From Raillietiella orientalis (Eukaryota), in NCBI GenBank assembly GCA_036172245.1, contig JAYWIR010000010.1, forward strand, positions 4,712,001-4,776,000: DNA of 64,000 bases, given 5' to 3'. Position numbers and translations under genes: made by a program. Below the pieces are notes generated by a model. It made no database searches and was not told where the DNA came from. It saw only the letters and a list, made by a program, of their open reading frames with translations. How positions within the stretch are numbered: position 1 is the first letter of the stretch; each line of letters starts with the position of its first letter. Positions 25,201-38,000 of this stretch are shown here, piece after piece.

Positions 25201-28200
25201 GAGTGACCCCTAGAGGGGGATCCCCAGAGAGAATAAGGGAAAGGATGCCTTCGGATTTCCTTTCGGAGACCACCAGGGCAAGCTTTCCCTTCGGGGTCCT
25301 CTCCCAGCAGTAAGAGGAACTCACTCCTTCCTCTGGAGCCTTCCTGAATTCATAGGGTGGTTCTCCCTCGGGCACCTCCTAACTTGAAGAATGAACACGC
25401 CCTCTCGAGTGGCGCAAGCAGTGTTAAGGAGCTTCATAAGCAGCCAGACGAACGGTTCTTCCGTACTTAGCGAACCCCAAAAAAAGGTCGACTCTGGAAG
25501 ATCGTAGAAAGCCTCTTCTCTCCGTAAGCCAATTCGAGCAAGTTTGTCAGCGTAACGAGGTGATATAGCGCGAGTGACTATCGATGGTAATGGTCTGGCA
25601 CGATCCAATATTACTCTTTCGGAGCAAAAAGAAAAAATGGTGGTGGTTCATGCATTCATTTCTCAACAGCTTCCGGAACTCAAAAAGTCGAGTTGGGAAA
25701 GACGCGTCCAAAAGGAGTGCAGCGGAAGTGGGAATCGGTGCATGTGGCTTCCGTGTCGCAGTCTCCCCAACTCTTCGGAAAGGGAGAAGAAGAAGAAAAA
25801 AAAAAAACCACAGACAAAACTGAGAGATTTTCCAAGGTGGAGAAGTTCTCATTGCAAGTTAGTGAGATCAGAAAAGATGGAGCTCTGAATTCTCTCCCGA
25901 AGCCTCAACGAGCATTGCACGAAGAGCCACGCGAGGTGCGCATGCGCTCTGCTGTACAAGACAAAAAACCCTTTGTTTCGAATCCACGAATTTCATCCTA
26001 AGAAGTATGGCCGTCGCTCTTTGGGGTGGACTCCAGGATGCGAGTGCTTTCGCGTGTCTAGGCAAATCAGTACCCTCGGCATCTCAATCAATGAAAGTCT
26101 GTACAGTCTATACAACCGGTGATTCGGGAGGAGTCCATGCTGATGGCAGAGATCTTGTGCTAACTCAATCTCCGTGGACATTCTTTCCGATCGCGCAGAT
26201 GGACTTGATAGTTCCTCAAAACGTGACGCCGATGATCCCTCCGGCTGGCCGCACGGAATCAAACGCATCCGCCCTGCTCCAAGCACCCTTTCAATTTATG
26301 TGTCACGAAAGTTCGGTTTGGAGAGCCAACCTGATGCTTTTTTTTTCTTTTTGCTTTCCAGGGATTTCGAAACACGTTGGTTTTGGCGTCCTTCTTGAAC
26401 GCTGCCGGTGCATGGATCAGATGTGGAATCTCATTACCTTACCTTTTCTATATTGTCACTGCTGGGCAGGTGTTCATCACTTTTGCCTACTCCTTGATCT
26501 TGGTGCTTCCATGTGAGCTATCGAACAGTTGGTTCTGCATCAGGGAGTCTTCCATAGCCACCTCTTTTGCGATGATTGGATATCAGGTATCTGTGTGCCC
26601 ACCACGAGCAGTCTGAAGAGATTGCTGGCTCCGGTCCGGCTGCGGGAGTCGATTGAAAAGCTGCGATCTCTCCAGTTGTAGGCGAAGAATTTCATGCTGA
26701 ACCGGAAAGGTTCGCTCTCTTCCGGCTGACGCTTTGCTAAGAGGGAAGCATCGGAAGTTTTGCGCAGGAGAACGACGAATCGCCGTCGGTGCTCTCGCAG
26801 ATCGATCTAAGACCCTGTTGGGAAAAAGTCCTACATAGCTTACAGCCATGCCATGCTTCCAGTTGCATGAGCCCATACCTTGCACTGGAACGAATTTTGC
26901 TTTCTTTCAAGAAAGAAAAATTCCCTTCATTGCTCCCCTTTCGGTTGCTTTCCTTTGCGTCTCCCGCTTGGCTTCTTAATGTCTGCATGACGTTTGCTAA
27001 TTTTCAGCTTCCCAATCTGAATTCCTCCATCGCTTGTCACTCGAGCTGGAGAGTTGATGAATACCGCCGGATGTTTCGCGGAAGAGATGGCAATAAATCA
27101 GCCATCTATGTAGTTATCATTACGTATTGAAAGTCTCTTTCAGATTCTGTGTGTTTACTAGTAGCATGTCAGGAATTTTTGCTAAATGAAACGTTACAGG
27201 CACCTTAAGCCTCATTCCTGGATTACCGTTAACTTGCTCATTATGAAGTCTAAGCAACTGTACACCATAACTGAGCCACAATAACAACTTCCGACTTTGT
27301 CGAGAATTCGCCACTTAACAAAATGAAAGAAAATAAGTAAACATCACGGTCTGGGCAATTTTTTGCAGTCATCGCATGCACTGTGGATGATGCCTTTTGT
27401 CGCAGCGTGAAATTCCGACGAAAACCAAGTTAAAATTACATAGAAATTCCTGCCATTCTCAAAAATTCATAATTGCAGTTGGGACCCATGTTGGGCATTT
27501 TCCTTCCTAATGCATTAACGACGATAAACCTTCAAATATATGAACCTAATTTCAAGTACAGCGAAATGAATTACATTATAGCTGCAACCAGCACTGTCGT
27601 CTGCATACTAATACTGCTAGGTGTGGCAATTAATCTGCGGAAGGCTTTTAGTACTAACGTGTTTTCCAGTGTCTGAAGAGCATCCTCCACATCATCCTAG
27701 CGCGTCAAAGGCTATCGTTGAAGACATCTTCAAAGATTACTTCTGCCGGTGTCTGAACTGGATTCTCAGAGAAAGGACTGATTTCTTCTACTTGATGCTA
27801 TCAGCAGGAATCCTGTCCGGAGTGCTGACTACAACTCTACTTGAATTTCAAAGGTTCCTGAGACCTAACTTTTCGAACGTAAGCCTCTAAGAATGTTGAT
27901 CACAGTCTGGACTTAACCAAGCTCTCGTGCTGTTCCCAAAGTATCACAATTTTAGCAGTCGCTCTGAGAGCCTTTCAGAAGCTCCTATTCTCTGAGAAAT
28001 TGGAAACACGAATCCTCGGTGCCACAGAGAATCACTTTAGAGGCACTTGCTAACTTGTTTTATCCCGGAAACTACTCTTGTGTACAATCAGCGTACTGAC
28101 CTTGCGCGCACTTTGGATCGTGATTGTTTTCTTGAGCGTCTTGCAGGATTCGAATCCATAGGATTTTCCTAAATGATCAACTCGTTCTTGCGTTTTTCAA

Positions 28201-31200
28201 CTATCGATTGGACAGTGATACTTCTTTAGCGAGAATGTCCAGATGTCCTCAATAAGTGTCGAAATCTTCAAATTCTTTGGAATTCAAAAATGTACTCGAA
28301 TGCTTCCAGGCCCTAAAGATGCTTTTTGCTTTCCTCATCCCAATGCAGTCTCCGGAAATAACGAACGCACTGGAGCAAGGTTTCTTAACTCGAACTCGCT
28401 CTTCCGTATTTCGAGGGCGTTAGTAGATCGCGAGTCATGTTCGTAACACTCCTCAAACTTTGTAGTTACTGGCATCCTTGCTTATGTCCATCATCTTCCT
28501 GTTCTTTTAGTTTTATCTTTCGTTTTCTTTTGTCTTTTTTCTTTTTGAATGTAACAGCACGCCCTTTAGAATTTTAGCCGCTCCCGAAAATGGTAATTAG
28601 CTTTTCTAGTCTAAGATGAAGGTGTTCTCTGGTTCGGAAATTTCTCTACAGAGCTCACTAGCATCGTCTCATGGCCTCTTAGCAATTTCACCACAATGTG
28701 ACCGTCGCGGAACATCGAAATGAAGTTCCCACTAGATGAATGAATGTTGGTTTCCTGCGAGTCATCTCAGGAAATGTTGCTGTCTCAGCGAACAAGCTGC
28801 AAGTGACTTTTTCACATGTCTCCTGCCACCAAGCTTTGTTACTGTGTGTTCACCTTCATTGATAATCTTCAAAGAGGAGAATCTCGTTGAAGACTTCAAT
28901 CTACATGTGGCACCGTTAAAGGTCTTTTCTTTAAGGCTGCCGGCTAAAGCAAGAAGCTGCAGTTCGGTTTTGCTGATGTTTGCAAAGAGTCTAATAAGTT
29001 GCTCGAGAATTCGCTGGTGGTGGTGAGCACCGAGATTTGGAAAGGGACGGTGCTTCAACAACACCAGCAATCATGAAAACAGAACTGACAATTGCAGGCA
29101 TTGCAAACATTAATTTCGATGATGTTTCAAAGGTTTCTCTTTTTTCGAGTGTCATACTTCTGTAAAGACTGATCAACAGGTGTTCGTGTCGATTGCGGAA
29201 GACGCAATCGAAACGAACACTTCCTGGTTTATAACAAGAGCAACGAGTCAGAGACAAACGCCCGCAGCAAAACAGAGATAGGGTAGAGAGTGAGCCGATG
29301 CGCCAAAGATTTGAAAGATAGAATGAAATCACTGAAGCTCCTTCTTTTCATGGGATGATATCACTCAAGGAGGAAACTGAGCAAAAAATCAAATAAAAGA
29401 AAGAAGTCTGCAGAAAGAAGGAATTTTGTAGTCATCAAAGCATATCTGAGGAAAATTTGAAGAGCACGAATGCTATCTGGACCTTTACTCGAAAGTTATC
29501 TTCAAACTCATCCAGTCGATAGGAGCTGACACGAAAAAGCGTACAAATCCACAGCTGCGACAAGGTTTTGTCTGTGATTCGAGTGAATGTTTGTCTGCTT
29601 CCAGCAGATAAACATGAAAGTTTCAGTTTCATTCTCGGTCATGAGTAACTCTGAAGGTTTCTGAAACTGAGACTGCAAAGAAATCAATGAATCGCGGGAA
29701 AATCTCTACGTTCGAGTTCATGAGAGCTGTGATGTTTGATACTTCTTTAGCGTGCTTTCCGTTCAAAAAAAGAAAAAAACAACCGGAAAACACGGCATTA
29801 CTTCTTGAACGAATAAGAAAGAAGACGAAAGCATCTTTCTTCTTCATCTAGAAGGTGATGCTGCAATTCTGAATTTACCGTTTTCAGAATCTCATTAATT
29901 TGATGGCATTGATGCAATTCTTCTGTCTTCAGGTAACTCTGGAAGAAGATCCATGCTTTCTAATTGCCAAAATGCTTTTACTGGGTGCTATAGGGAGTAT
30001 GGTATCTGGAATCTGGTTGAGCTGCACTCATTCTTACAAGTGAGTTTGCTCAATATTTCCATCATCAGTCACCGGATCTCTCGATCTTGCCAAGCTACTG
30101 AAACTTTTCATTCGCCTTTCTCATCATCTAACCTTAAAGAAAGTGTCATCTTTCATTTATAGGAGATCGTGCATCGGAATCTACGTGTTCTGTTTCGCAG
30201 GGTTCGTTTCCTTTGCAATCCTGATGAACTACTCTTCTGTCGACATTGCATCCATCATTTTGATGATCAACGGGTGAGTGTGATCATGCACTTTTTCGTG
30301 GGGGAGGGGGGGGGGGGGACGTCAGGGATTCGGTACGAACATTCGAGATGGATTTATCCATCCCGATTTATGCTCGAGATGTTTATTCATTGGTGTTGGC
30401 AAGCGCGCAGAGAATTTCATTCAACCATCTAACAAGAAGCGCATCCAAGAACTGTCCTCTTTCCGCAACCTCCGAAATGGACGCCCTCCGTTGAATGCGC
30501 AGCTTTCGTACATCGTGGAATTCGGAAAGACGGTGGTTCCATGTAGACGCTGCTCATAAGTCCTGCATATCTAAATCTGTTACACAAGGCAGAGTGGAAG
30601 TTGTGAAGATGAACCTTTTTGTTGTCCTTGTGATGCAGATTCTGTTCCCTATCACAGACTCAATCCAGGAGAGAAAAACTTGGCGAACCGAGAAGCGTGG
30701 AAGTCTGCGTTGCTCCAAACATTGTGGAATGACCTGCCCATTCCAACTTCGTGCATTTTTGAGCATTTCTTTTTGGGTTCCTGGAATTCTTTCTCTTCGG
30801 GTTTTAGATCTCTTACCTCCGTGGAATTCTTCATATGTGCTCACATTTTCCAATCGTGATGGAAATACAGCAAATGTTACATAAGCAGCGAAAATGGTAA
30901 AGAACTACTAATAGTGACGAGGTTTTCTGCATCTTGAGAAAAGGCTTTGGATCTGCGTACAATCAGAACATCATATCTGATGATAAAATCTTCCAACAAA
31001 CTCTGACAGGCTCTTCTCAGAAAGCGAGCGAGGGTGATGATTTCCTCGTCATCATTCCTCAGCATTCGATTCAGACTCGCGGGCTGGACCTGTGTGCGGA
31101 ATTATTTACTTTCTGCCTTAGCTGCCGCCGTACAAGCATTATTTGCAAAATGCTGCATCGTAGATTGCTGCATCGTTGGTTGGATGCAGACAGTTGCTGC

Positions 31201-32168
31201 GCGCGACTTTTCCGAAGAAGCAGATCGGTGAGCCTGCAAAACGAAGAAAAATGGAAAAATCTATGATCATCATCAGGACTGATGTCGATTCTTGAGTTTG
31301 TGTGTGAGCTCGTAAGATTCAGTCAGCCATACTGCTGTCTAGTGGACTTTTGTCGCCATCGAACTTCACCATCCACTCTTCTAAACACACAGTCCCACAT
31401 GCTGTCGAGCGGTTGGCTTCCTGCTTGGTAAACGAAGAATTCCTAGATCGCCTCCGTATGTGCGCATCCATTAGACACCATATGAACGTGCCAGCGACTG
31501 TGAAGAAGAGAATTGAATGATTTGGAAGGTCACCCAGAGTGCGTCCTTCGCACCAACAGAGTAGACTCGTTAGGACCATGTCAAATGAGAAGAATTGGAG
31601 ATGAGATGCAGTAGAGACACAAATTGAGAAGAAGGAGAAAATGTTGCTCTGGAGCCAACAGAGAAGACGATAGGTTCCTTTGAATTCCCCTTCTCCCTGA
31701 AACCAAGAAGCAGATGCACATTCGTGAGTAACCAACCGACGAGACAGTCGCGAGTATGCGTTTCAAAATGTTAGGGTACACCTCGTTCCTCCGATCGCAC
31801 TCACACCCTTAACGTCCATCCACTTGTCCATTTGTCATTCTTAGGGCATCGATGCTTTGCTTTTTCCCGCTTGCAGCTGAATTTGCCATTGAGATCACCT
31901 ACCCCGCAAGAGGAGGCATGGCAGCCGGAATGCTGAGCGCATTCTCATCGGTATTTGTTCTCTTTGCCAGAAAAGCTTCAAAGCATCCGTGCAGATTTCA
32001 GGCTCCCTCATCGCATTTTCCATTCAGTGGTTTCTGGAGAACGTCGACACAACAACGACCTTTTGCATCATGAGTGGGATATTCCTGTTTGGACTCATCT
32101 TGCTTCTTCTCATCAATCCGAACTGCTGGCGGCTCAACCACGAAAGAGCCGTGAAGTATTCCCTCTGA
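22278..32168 (+). CDS. Divergent FLVCR/SLC49-family MFS transporter, 8 exons, 452 aa
   Basis: Exons 22278-22562, 26362-26586, 27479-27620, 27670-27878, 29933-30039, 30163-30273, 31845-31950, 31995-32168 are all GT-AG, in phase, with no internal stops (1359 nt). FLVCR-like motifs: YPKRW, GFR..LVLASFLNAAGAWIRC, AGQ, LP...SNSWF..RE.S.A.S...IGYQLG, PP..PS.S, GSMVSG.WL..TH.YK, EFAIEITYP...G.AAGML. Confidence 0.88.
24721..25485 (+). mobile_element. tRNA-headed hairpin-array SINE-like element, copy A (FLVCR intron 1)
   Basis: Head TCGCCCGCGTTGGCGGCTGTGG...GCGGGTTCCAATAC is homologous to copy B. Tandem hairpins follow. 3' end GAACGGTTCTTCCGTACTTAGCGAACC plus A-run. Confidence 0.75.
31380..31700 (+). 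mobile_element. RTE-clade LINE 3' ORF remnant (FLVCR intron 6)
   Basis: VNEEFLDRL...TVKKRIE*FGRS...SRLVRTM resembles the RTE C-terminal pattern NEE+L.R...RL.W.GH+.R. Confidence 0.45.
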
Positions 32169-32566
32169 GGCACTCGGCGTCTCCATAAGCAAGGAACTTT
32201 TCTCCTGTTATTAAATAATCTTTAATCTTTTACCATACCGGTTCCTATGACTCTCACGTAAGCTCAGACGATCCTGAAGGCTGAACTCGTCTGCTGGATT
32301 GACTATGATTTACCTTCAACAGAGGATTCCAAGTGATCCAGGCTCATGGTGCATGTCTTGTTTCTGTTTTGCTGAAGGTTTCTTTGGTTGGACGGAATTC
32401 TCTATTCTTTCGATGACTTCCATCTTTGGACAGCAGAAGTGCAAAACTTCTGGTGACTATTAGAAGTTTCATGCCGAATTCTCCTTCAGAAGTTTCACCT
32501 TCGTTCTTCTGCTACTCCTTTTCTGTCAAGAAAAAGAAAATCTTTAAGCCACCTCATTCCTGGGTG

Positions 32567-32597
32567 TGTCTCAGGCTCTTAGAAAGAGCCTGAGACA
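32567..32597. repeat. 14-bp perfect inverted repeat, 3-nt loop
   Basis: tgtctcaggctctt-aga-aagagcctgagaca, about 400 nt downstream of the FLVCR-like stop. Confidence 0.9.
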
Positions 32598-33786
32598 TAT
32601 TAATATAATCTATTGTGGAGAAATGCGAACGTCGGGCAAACCGTTTCTCAACCGTACCATCATGGTTTCCGTGCTTCCACAGATGAAGGTGCCATGCAAA
32701 CAGGCTTCTGATGTTAATCCCTGAAGCATCCTGATTTTATTTTAAAGGATTTTCATTTTAAAGCAAACTGATTCCCGTTGGCAGAAAAAGCAGCCTCGTT
32801 TTTTAGACGAACGTGTTCTTCGTGATAACTTCTTGCTTCCTATCATCCCGTTACAGCTCCATCAGCCAAATAGCTTTGCCATCGGATAATGACAAAGGAC
32901 GTATCAGGCGATTTTCGTGCTCCGTCAAGGAAGTGCCAAGCCTAACATTAGGGCCTCATATTTTGTTTGAGTAAGCGTCCCGAAGAAATACAATTTAGCC
33001 ATACTGAAGGCGATCAAAAACTGCTTACATATGGGAAGAAGTAAATGAAGGATTCCTCAACAGAGAAGACAAAATTCGTACAGAACATCATCATTCAGAG
33101 AGCGCCATTCTGAGGTGCATGCCATGGGATCACTTAATTTAGTATCTCCGGTTCAGAGTTGTTAAGTACATCCGTATGGAAGCCTTTCCTTACCTTCTTT
33201 ACAGTCTTTCAGTCTTTGATAGGCCAGGTTACAACAGTCTCTGCAGAGAATGAGGGTTCCAGGCTATCCTTATCAGAGCAGGGAGAAGGGAGAAGCATCG
33301 CGTACATAAGAGAAGAGATGACCTGGTTAACTTCTGGTGGAAAACTGATTTAAGGCAGTACCACCCAAGCCTTCTCTTTCACCAAAAAGGCACTGACAAG
33401 AACAGGGTGACTCAATGGTCTGAAAGGATTCGGACTGCCACAGCTTCCAGGACCTCAGATGCACATGGTGTTCCAGCAAATTGAATCTCCTACTGTGGTA
33501 TCATGCTGGAAGGAGCATTCTTGATATGAAATTATCTGGGGGAAATGAATCGGTCAAGACACATCCGTTGCCATGCTGGCACAGGCCTTCGACTTCATCC
33601 TGTTCGACTTTCCTAGTTTGTAGAGAGTGTGCAAAAGATACAATGTACAGTGATTGTGTTAACGACATCGGTGAGCCTTCCCGTAAAATTACCGATTTTA
33701 TCCTACGACCACAGAAGGAACGCTTCACTGCACATGAAGCAGAAATCAATTACCCCTCGAGATTGTGAGACACTAGAAGGCAGTCG

Positions 33787-34769
33787 TCCGCGTCGGAGGC
33801 TTTGTGGTTAAGGCTTCCGCGCGTGGCACATGCGTCGCGGGTTCGAATACTCCGGCAGAAACTGACGCCACTGCGTCGTTGGGTTCCGATTTCCTCCTGC
33901 AACGGCGCTGGTTGGCCTAATCATTCGGGCGTGGCACCGGCGGTGGATTAAGCCGTAAACCACCGATGAAGGCCGGAACAATGGGAGACCTTCGGGTCCT
34001 TCCAGGAATAAAGGAGTGGGGAGTTCCCCCTCCGGTCGTGCAACGGAGAGCGGGCCCCCCTCACCAGGGGTCCCCTCTGGTTTCAAGATGGAGCAGGAGC
34101 CCTCACGGACACCTCTCCAGTTGTTCAAAGGAGCGGACCCTCCATGTTGCGGGGTATCCCTCCGAGTCGTCGCCTCTTCACAGAGTGCAAGGAAGCAAGC
34201 GAGAGCGATTCCCTGCAGGAAGCTGCAGCGCCGCTTCTAAGTTTCGGAAGCGTTCCTTCGGGGTTCTCTTCAGAGGAGTGAACAGGAGCGGTTCCCTTGT
34301 GGGTTCCCACCGGAGAAGAAATTCCTACTAGCTTCATACTTCGGAGAAGTTGAAATGGAGAGGACAGTCCCTCCTTATTGGGGAGGTGTCCCTCCGGAGA
34401 GAATGAGGAAGGAGATTCCCTTCGGGGTTCCCCTTCGGAGACAGCCAGGGTGGGAGGTGCGATCCCCCCCATCCAGGGTAGACCCCCTCCCCAAGCGTGA
34501 GAGGAACGGACTCCGAGCCCTTCCTGGATTCATAGGGCGGATCCCATCTCGGGTGCTCCCTATCCTGAAGAATTGCACTGAAGCCGATTACACACGCCCC
34601 CCTGCGGGTTGCCGCAGGCGAAGAGGCGTGGAAACAAAACTGTGTGTTTAAAAGAGCCAAGTGCGCCGCGAGGCACGCGATCGGTTCTGAGGTACTTAGC
34701 GAACCAAAAAAAAAAACGACAACTCTTAAAAAAAAAGGCTGGAAGGAAAACAGCGAAGACAGAAGAAAA
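33787..34769 (+). mobile_element. tRNA-headed hairpin-array SINE-like element, copy B (full length, with TSD)
   Basis: A-box-like GAGGCTTTGTGGT (33796-33808) and B-box GGTTCGAATAC (33840-33850); at least 8 tandem hairpins; 3' GGTTCTGAGGTACTTAGCGAACC plus poly(A)/A-rich tail; 12-bp direct repeat AGAAGGCAGTCG at 33775-33786 and 34770-34781. Confidence 0.85.
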
Positions 34770-36799
34770 AGAAGGCAGTCGCACAGAACTTCTGCGGAAA
34801 GATCTTATTCTGAACAGGAAGAGGGATCGAGTTGCGCCAGTGAGTTGGCAGATGTTGTGGAGCGCTTGTTTGTTCCGAGGTACCGAGAGGGTGCACCTTT
34901 TGACTGAGCAATTATAAAGTGGGCAGTGCAGTGTGAACCCAATGTGGCAAACTGGAGTCGAAAACGGATGATAGAGGGAGAGAGATGATAGAGGTTGCTC
35001 CGTTCTAATTTATTTTTTGCAGGGTCTCGCTGATAATCTTATCGTTCTCTCCCGTGGGGTGGTGCATGGTGACCGAAAAATTCAATCTCATGGCACATCT
35101 GAAAGGTGATGAGCCACGTATCAAAAAAACTACCCAAACCTCATTTTTCTGCTTCCTTCTTTCAAATCGAACTTGTTGAGCTTCAGAACGAGGAAATTCA
35201 AGAATCTGCTGCACACGAACGGAAGGCTTTCGATTCACTGATGATTAAAAGCTCCGTGTTTTTTTTTTTTTTTTTTTTTCACATAAAACCTCTGCTCCCA
35301 GGACTTTAGCATAGACGATTCGAGTTCCTCCGAAAGAGGAATGCATCAGGTGTTTCACACATCCAAAAGGTGGCTGGAAAGAGGGCAGAAAGGGAGATTT
35401 GGGCCTCCCCAGTATCGATTCTAAATGGATGTGTCCTGAAACAACAGATCACAGTTCATACTTCCTCCTGTGTGATCCGGTGGCGATTAAAAGAAACAAA
35501 GAAAAAAAAGATTAATCAAAGTTTCAAATTTTTATTCTCCTAATAATAAAAAAATTGCCGAAACATTACAGACTCTGAAATTCAGTGGGGTTATTCATCA
35601 GACAAACTCGAAGGAACACCATCCTCATGAAAAAATGGAAAATTCGTAAGTAGGAATATAAAAAACTCTGCGAGATGAATGCGTGGATGCTTTCGATACT
35701 AAAGTGCTCCCGGTTCGAAATGTAAACCGATGAATTCCATCCACATCCGACTGAAGTGTGCTAAAAGTTCCACGGGAGTGTTCTCACGGTGTCCTCCTCC
35801 TGATCGTGGACAGCAGCTTCGCTTCCGGATGTGGACAGGCAAGTCACATCTAAATTCACATTTGGAAAAATATCTAGAAATGGAACTCTGTAGCGCAAAA
35901 TTGTCATCTCCTACATCCGATAGGCAAAAAAGGGGGGAGAGGTGGAAATGAAAGATTCTTCTAAATCTCAAAACTCGACCGAAGGAATATGAATTAGCTG
36001 TGAATATACTTGAGCTTCCGCTGTGCATAGTGGCAGGTGCTTCAACAGAATCTATAGTGGCAATATTTGGGTTTCTTTTCTTTGAAGCATTTCGAATGAC
36101 TTTTCTTGTTGCGCGTGCACAAAGGAATCCTATTTGTTCTCATCGTTGATTTCCTCGGAGCTGGGAGAAGCAGTCTTTGCTTTCTCGTCTACCTGAGCGT
36201 TCTCTGGAAAAGGAGGCGCCATTAGCACAAGAATAAAATCAGGAATCGGATCAAAAACGTTCTTATCAACAGGAGAAAGCACGCGTGCAGATTTCGGAGA
36301 TTATGATTGCAAATCCAGGGATGTGAGCATCAGAGTATTGGAACACATCGCATCCACCCTCAATCGTAATTTTTAACACGGAATTCCATGCCCAGGCGGA
36401 GGGGCATCACCCCCCTAAAAGCGTCGCTCCCGAACGCTGAACGATATGTATAGTCGTGCGGAAATTCTTACGAGTGGGTTATTCTTTGAAACTCCTGAAG
36501 AGTAAACGTCATCAGGCGCTTCCTGATGAAAAGGTACTTGAAACAAGTAAAGAAAGGAAGATTTTGGAAAATTCTAGTGAAACTTCAAGATACTCGGAAA
36601 TTTCTCCACGAGTCTCTAAAGAGATCTCTTTGGACTTTCTTGATGGACACTGGGCTAAACTCCACACTGCTGTCCACTTAGTTTTTCGCGTTCGGTATTC
36701 TCCTTGCGAATGCGGCACTTTCCATGGCTTTTAAAAGGTACTTCGGAAGGTGGGACACACTGGTGCAATGCATCCAGCTGCTCAAAGATGGACAAGGAT

Positions 36800-38000
36800 G
36801 CAGGCAGAACGATCAGAACAATCTCTGTATCGCACCTACAGCAAAACCGTCTGCACAAAGGACTTCGCGAAAGCAATCGCTGCGCTCAGGTAAGGAGATG
36901 TACTAATTTTCTGTCCGTTATTGTCCGAGAGAACCAATACGCCCCAGCTCAAGAAGAGAATGGGATTTTCTAGTAAGAAACGCACCAAGATTCGTTCATG
37001 GCAGTGCCAAAGCATGCTTTGCCATAATTCGTCGAGAGAATGGCTACTGAGAATGGGACGGTGGCACCTTTTCCCCAATCCAAACACCAAGCAGCAGATC
37101 AAAGACTGAAATTGTAAAAACAAGGAACTCCAGGGTCAAGTAAGTGCAGATCTGACCAGGTGAACCATACGACACCATTTTATAATCAAAAGGATGCGAT
37201 CTTTGATGGATTCTCTTGGATCAAAAAGAACCATAGCGTCTCGAAGGTACAGAAGCCCTAACAAAGCTCTAAGGCCTGCTAAAGAGCAGAGAGTTGAAAA
37301 ATGCTCACGTCTGCCTCCTTCAAGTCGTTCCATTTTGTGCAATATTCTGAAAGGAAAATTCTTCCTACTTTTCAACGTCCGACATCGCACCCATGAAACC
37401 CCGTGCTATGGAAGTTCATGTTCTTGAGCGACGAAAAGTTTGCTCAGAGGCATTCAAAATCAAGAGAATCCTGACAACGAGGAGTGTTTCACTTGAGGAC
37501 CTCATTGAGTAACAGCTTTGCAGGTGTCTCTGTGGATCAGATTCAGTTCCATTTCTCTCCTGTTTTTGAAAGAGGATTGCGGAAAGCTCAGTGATGCGCC
37601 CGTAACTTGAGAGTGATTTCACGGTGCACATGCAGTACTGTGTAACAGAGAAATCTTAAATCATGGAAGCCACCTAACCGCTCCTCAGGATCTCAAGAGA
37701 TATCAACAAAATGAAGACATGTTTGATTTCTTGCTCACAAATCGTGAGCTACTGAGAAAGCGCGAACATTCTTTAGCAAGTTCAATTCCTTCTTTTAGCT
37801 GAAGATGAATGCCTTCGTAGAGTGCACGAGTGGGAGTCTAAATGTAAACATTCCCTTAGTGATTGTGGAGTATCCGTCTCCCTCCTTGGAGAAGTTCGAT
37901 ATTAAAAAAAAAACCCAGCAGGGCAAAATGAAGAAAAAGGTCATCAACACTGCAACCCTCTAATCGCAAAGGGGTGCCAAATTCAGGGTCATCCAATGAA
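36800..38000 (-). mobile_element. Decayed LINE RT C-terminal remnant (I-group-like)
   Basis: Ordered weak motifs: LYL..MVLFDPRESIKDRI (YLG+.FD..L.+..HI), ISVFDLLLGVW, GAFLT....LLELG. Confidence 0.35.

Noticed and set aside
28700..31260. Nested minus-strand gene or DNA transposase in FLVCR-like introns
   Set aside because: Short broken ORFs without a consistent motif series or splice structure; possibly decayed TE, but not supportable.
33787..33860. Functional tRNA gene
   Set aside because: A/B-box-like motifs are present but I could not form an acceptor stem, there is no oligo-T terminator, and it continues into a repeat body.
33960..34570. Hairpin units with linkers as a CRISPR array
   Set aside because: Units are too degenerate, linkers are short, purine-rich and similar to each other, there are no cas genes, the context is eukaryotic, and the array sits inside a TSD-flanked SINE-like element.
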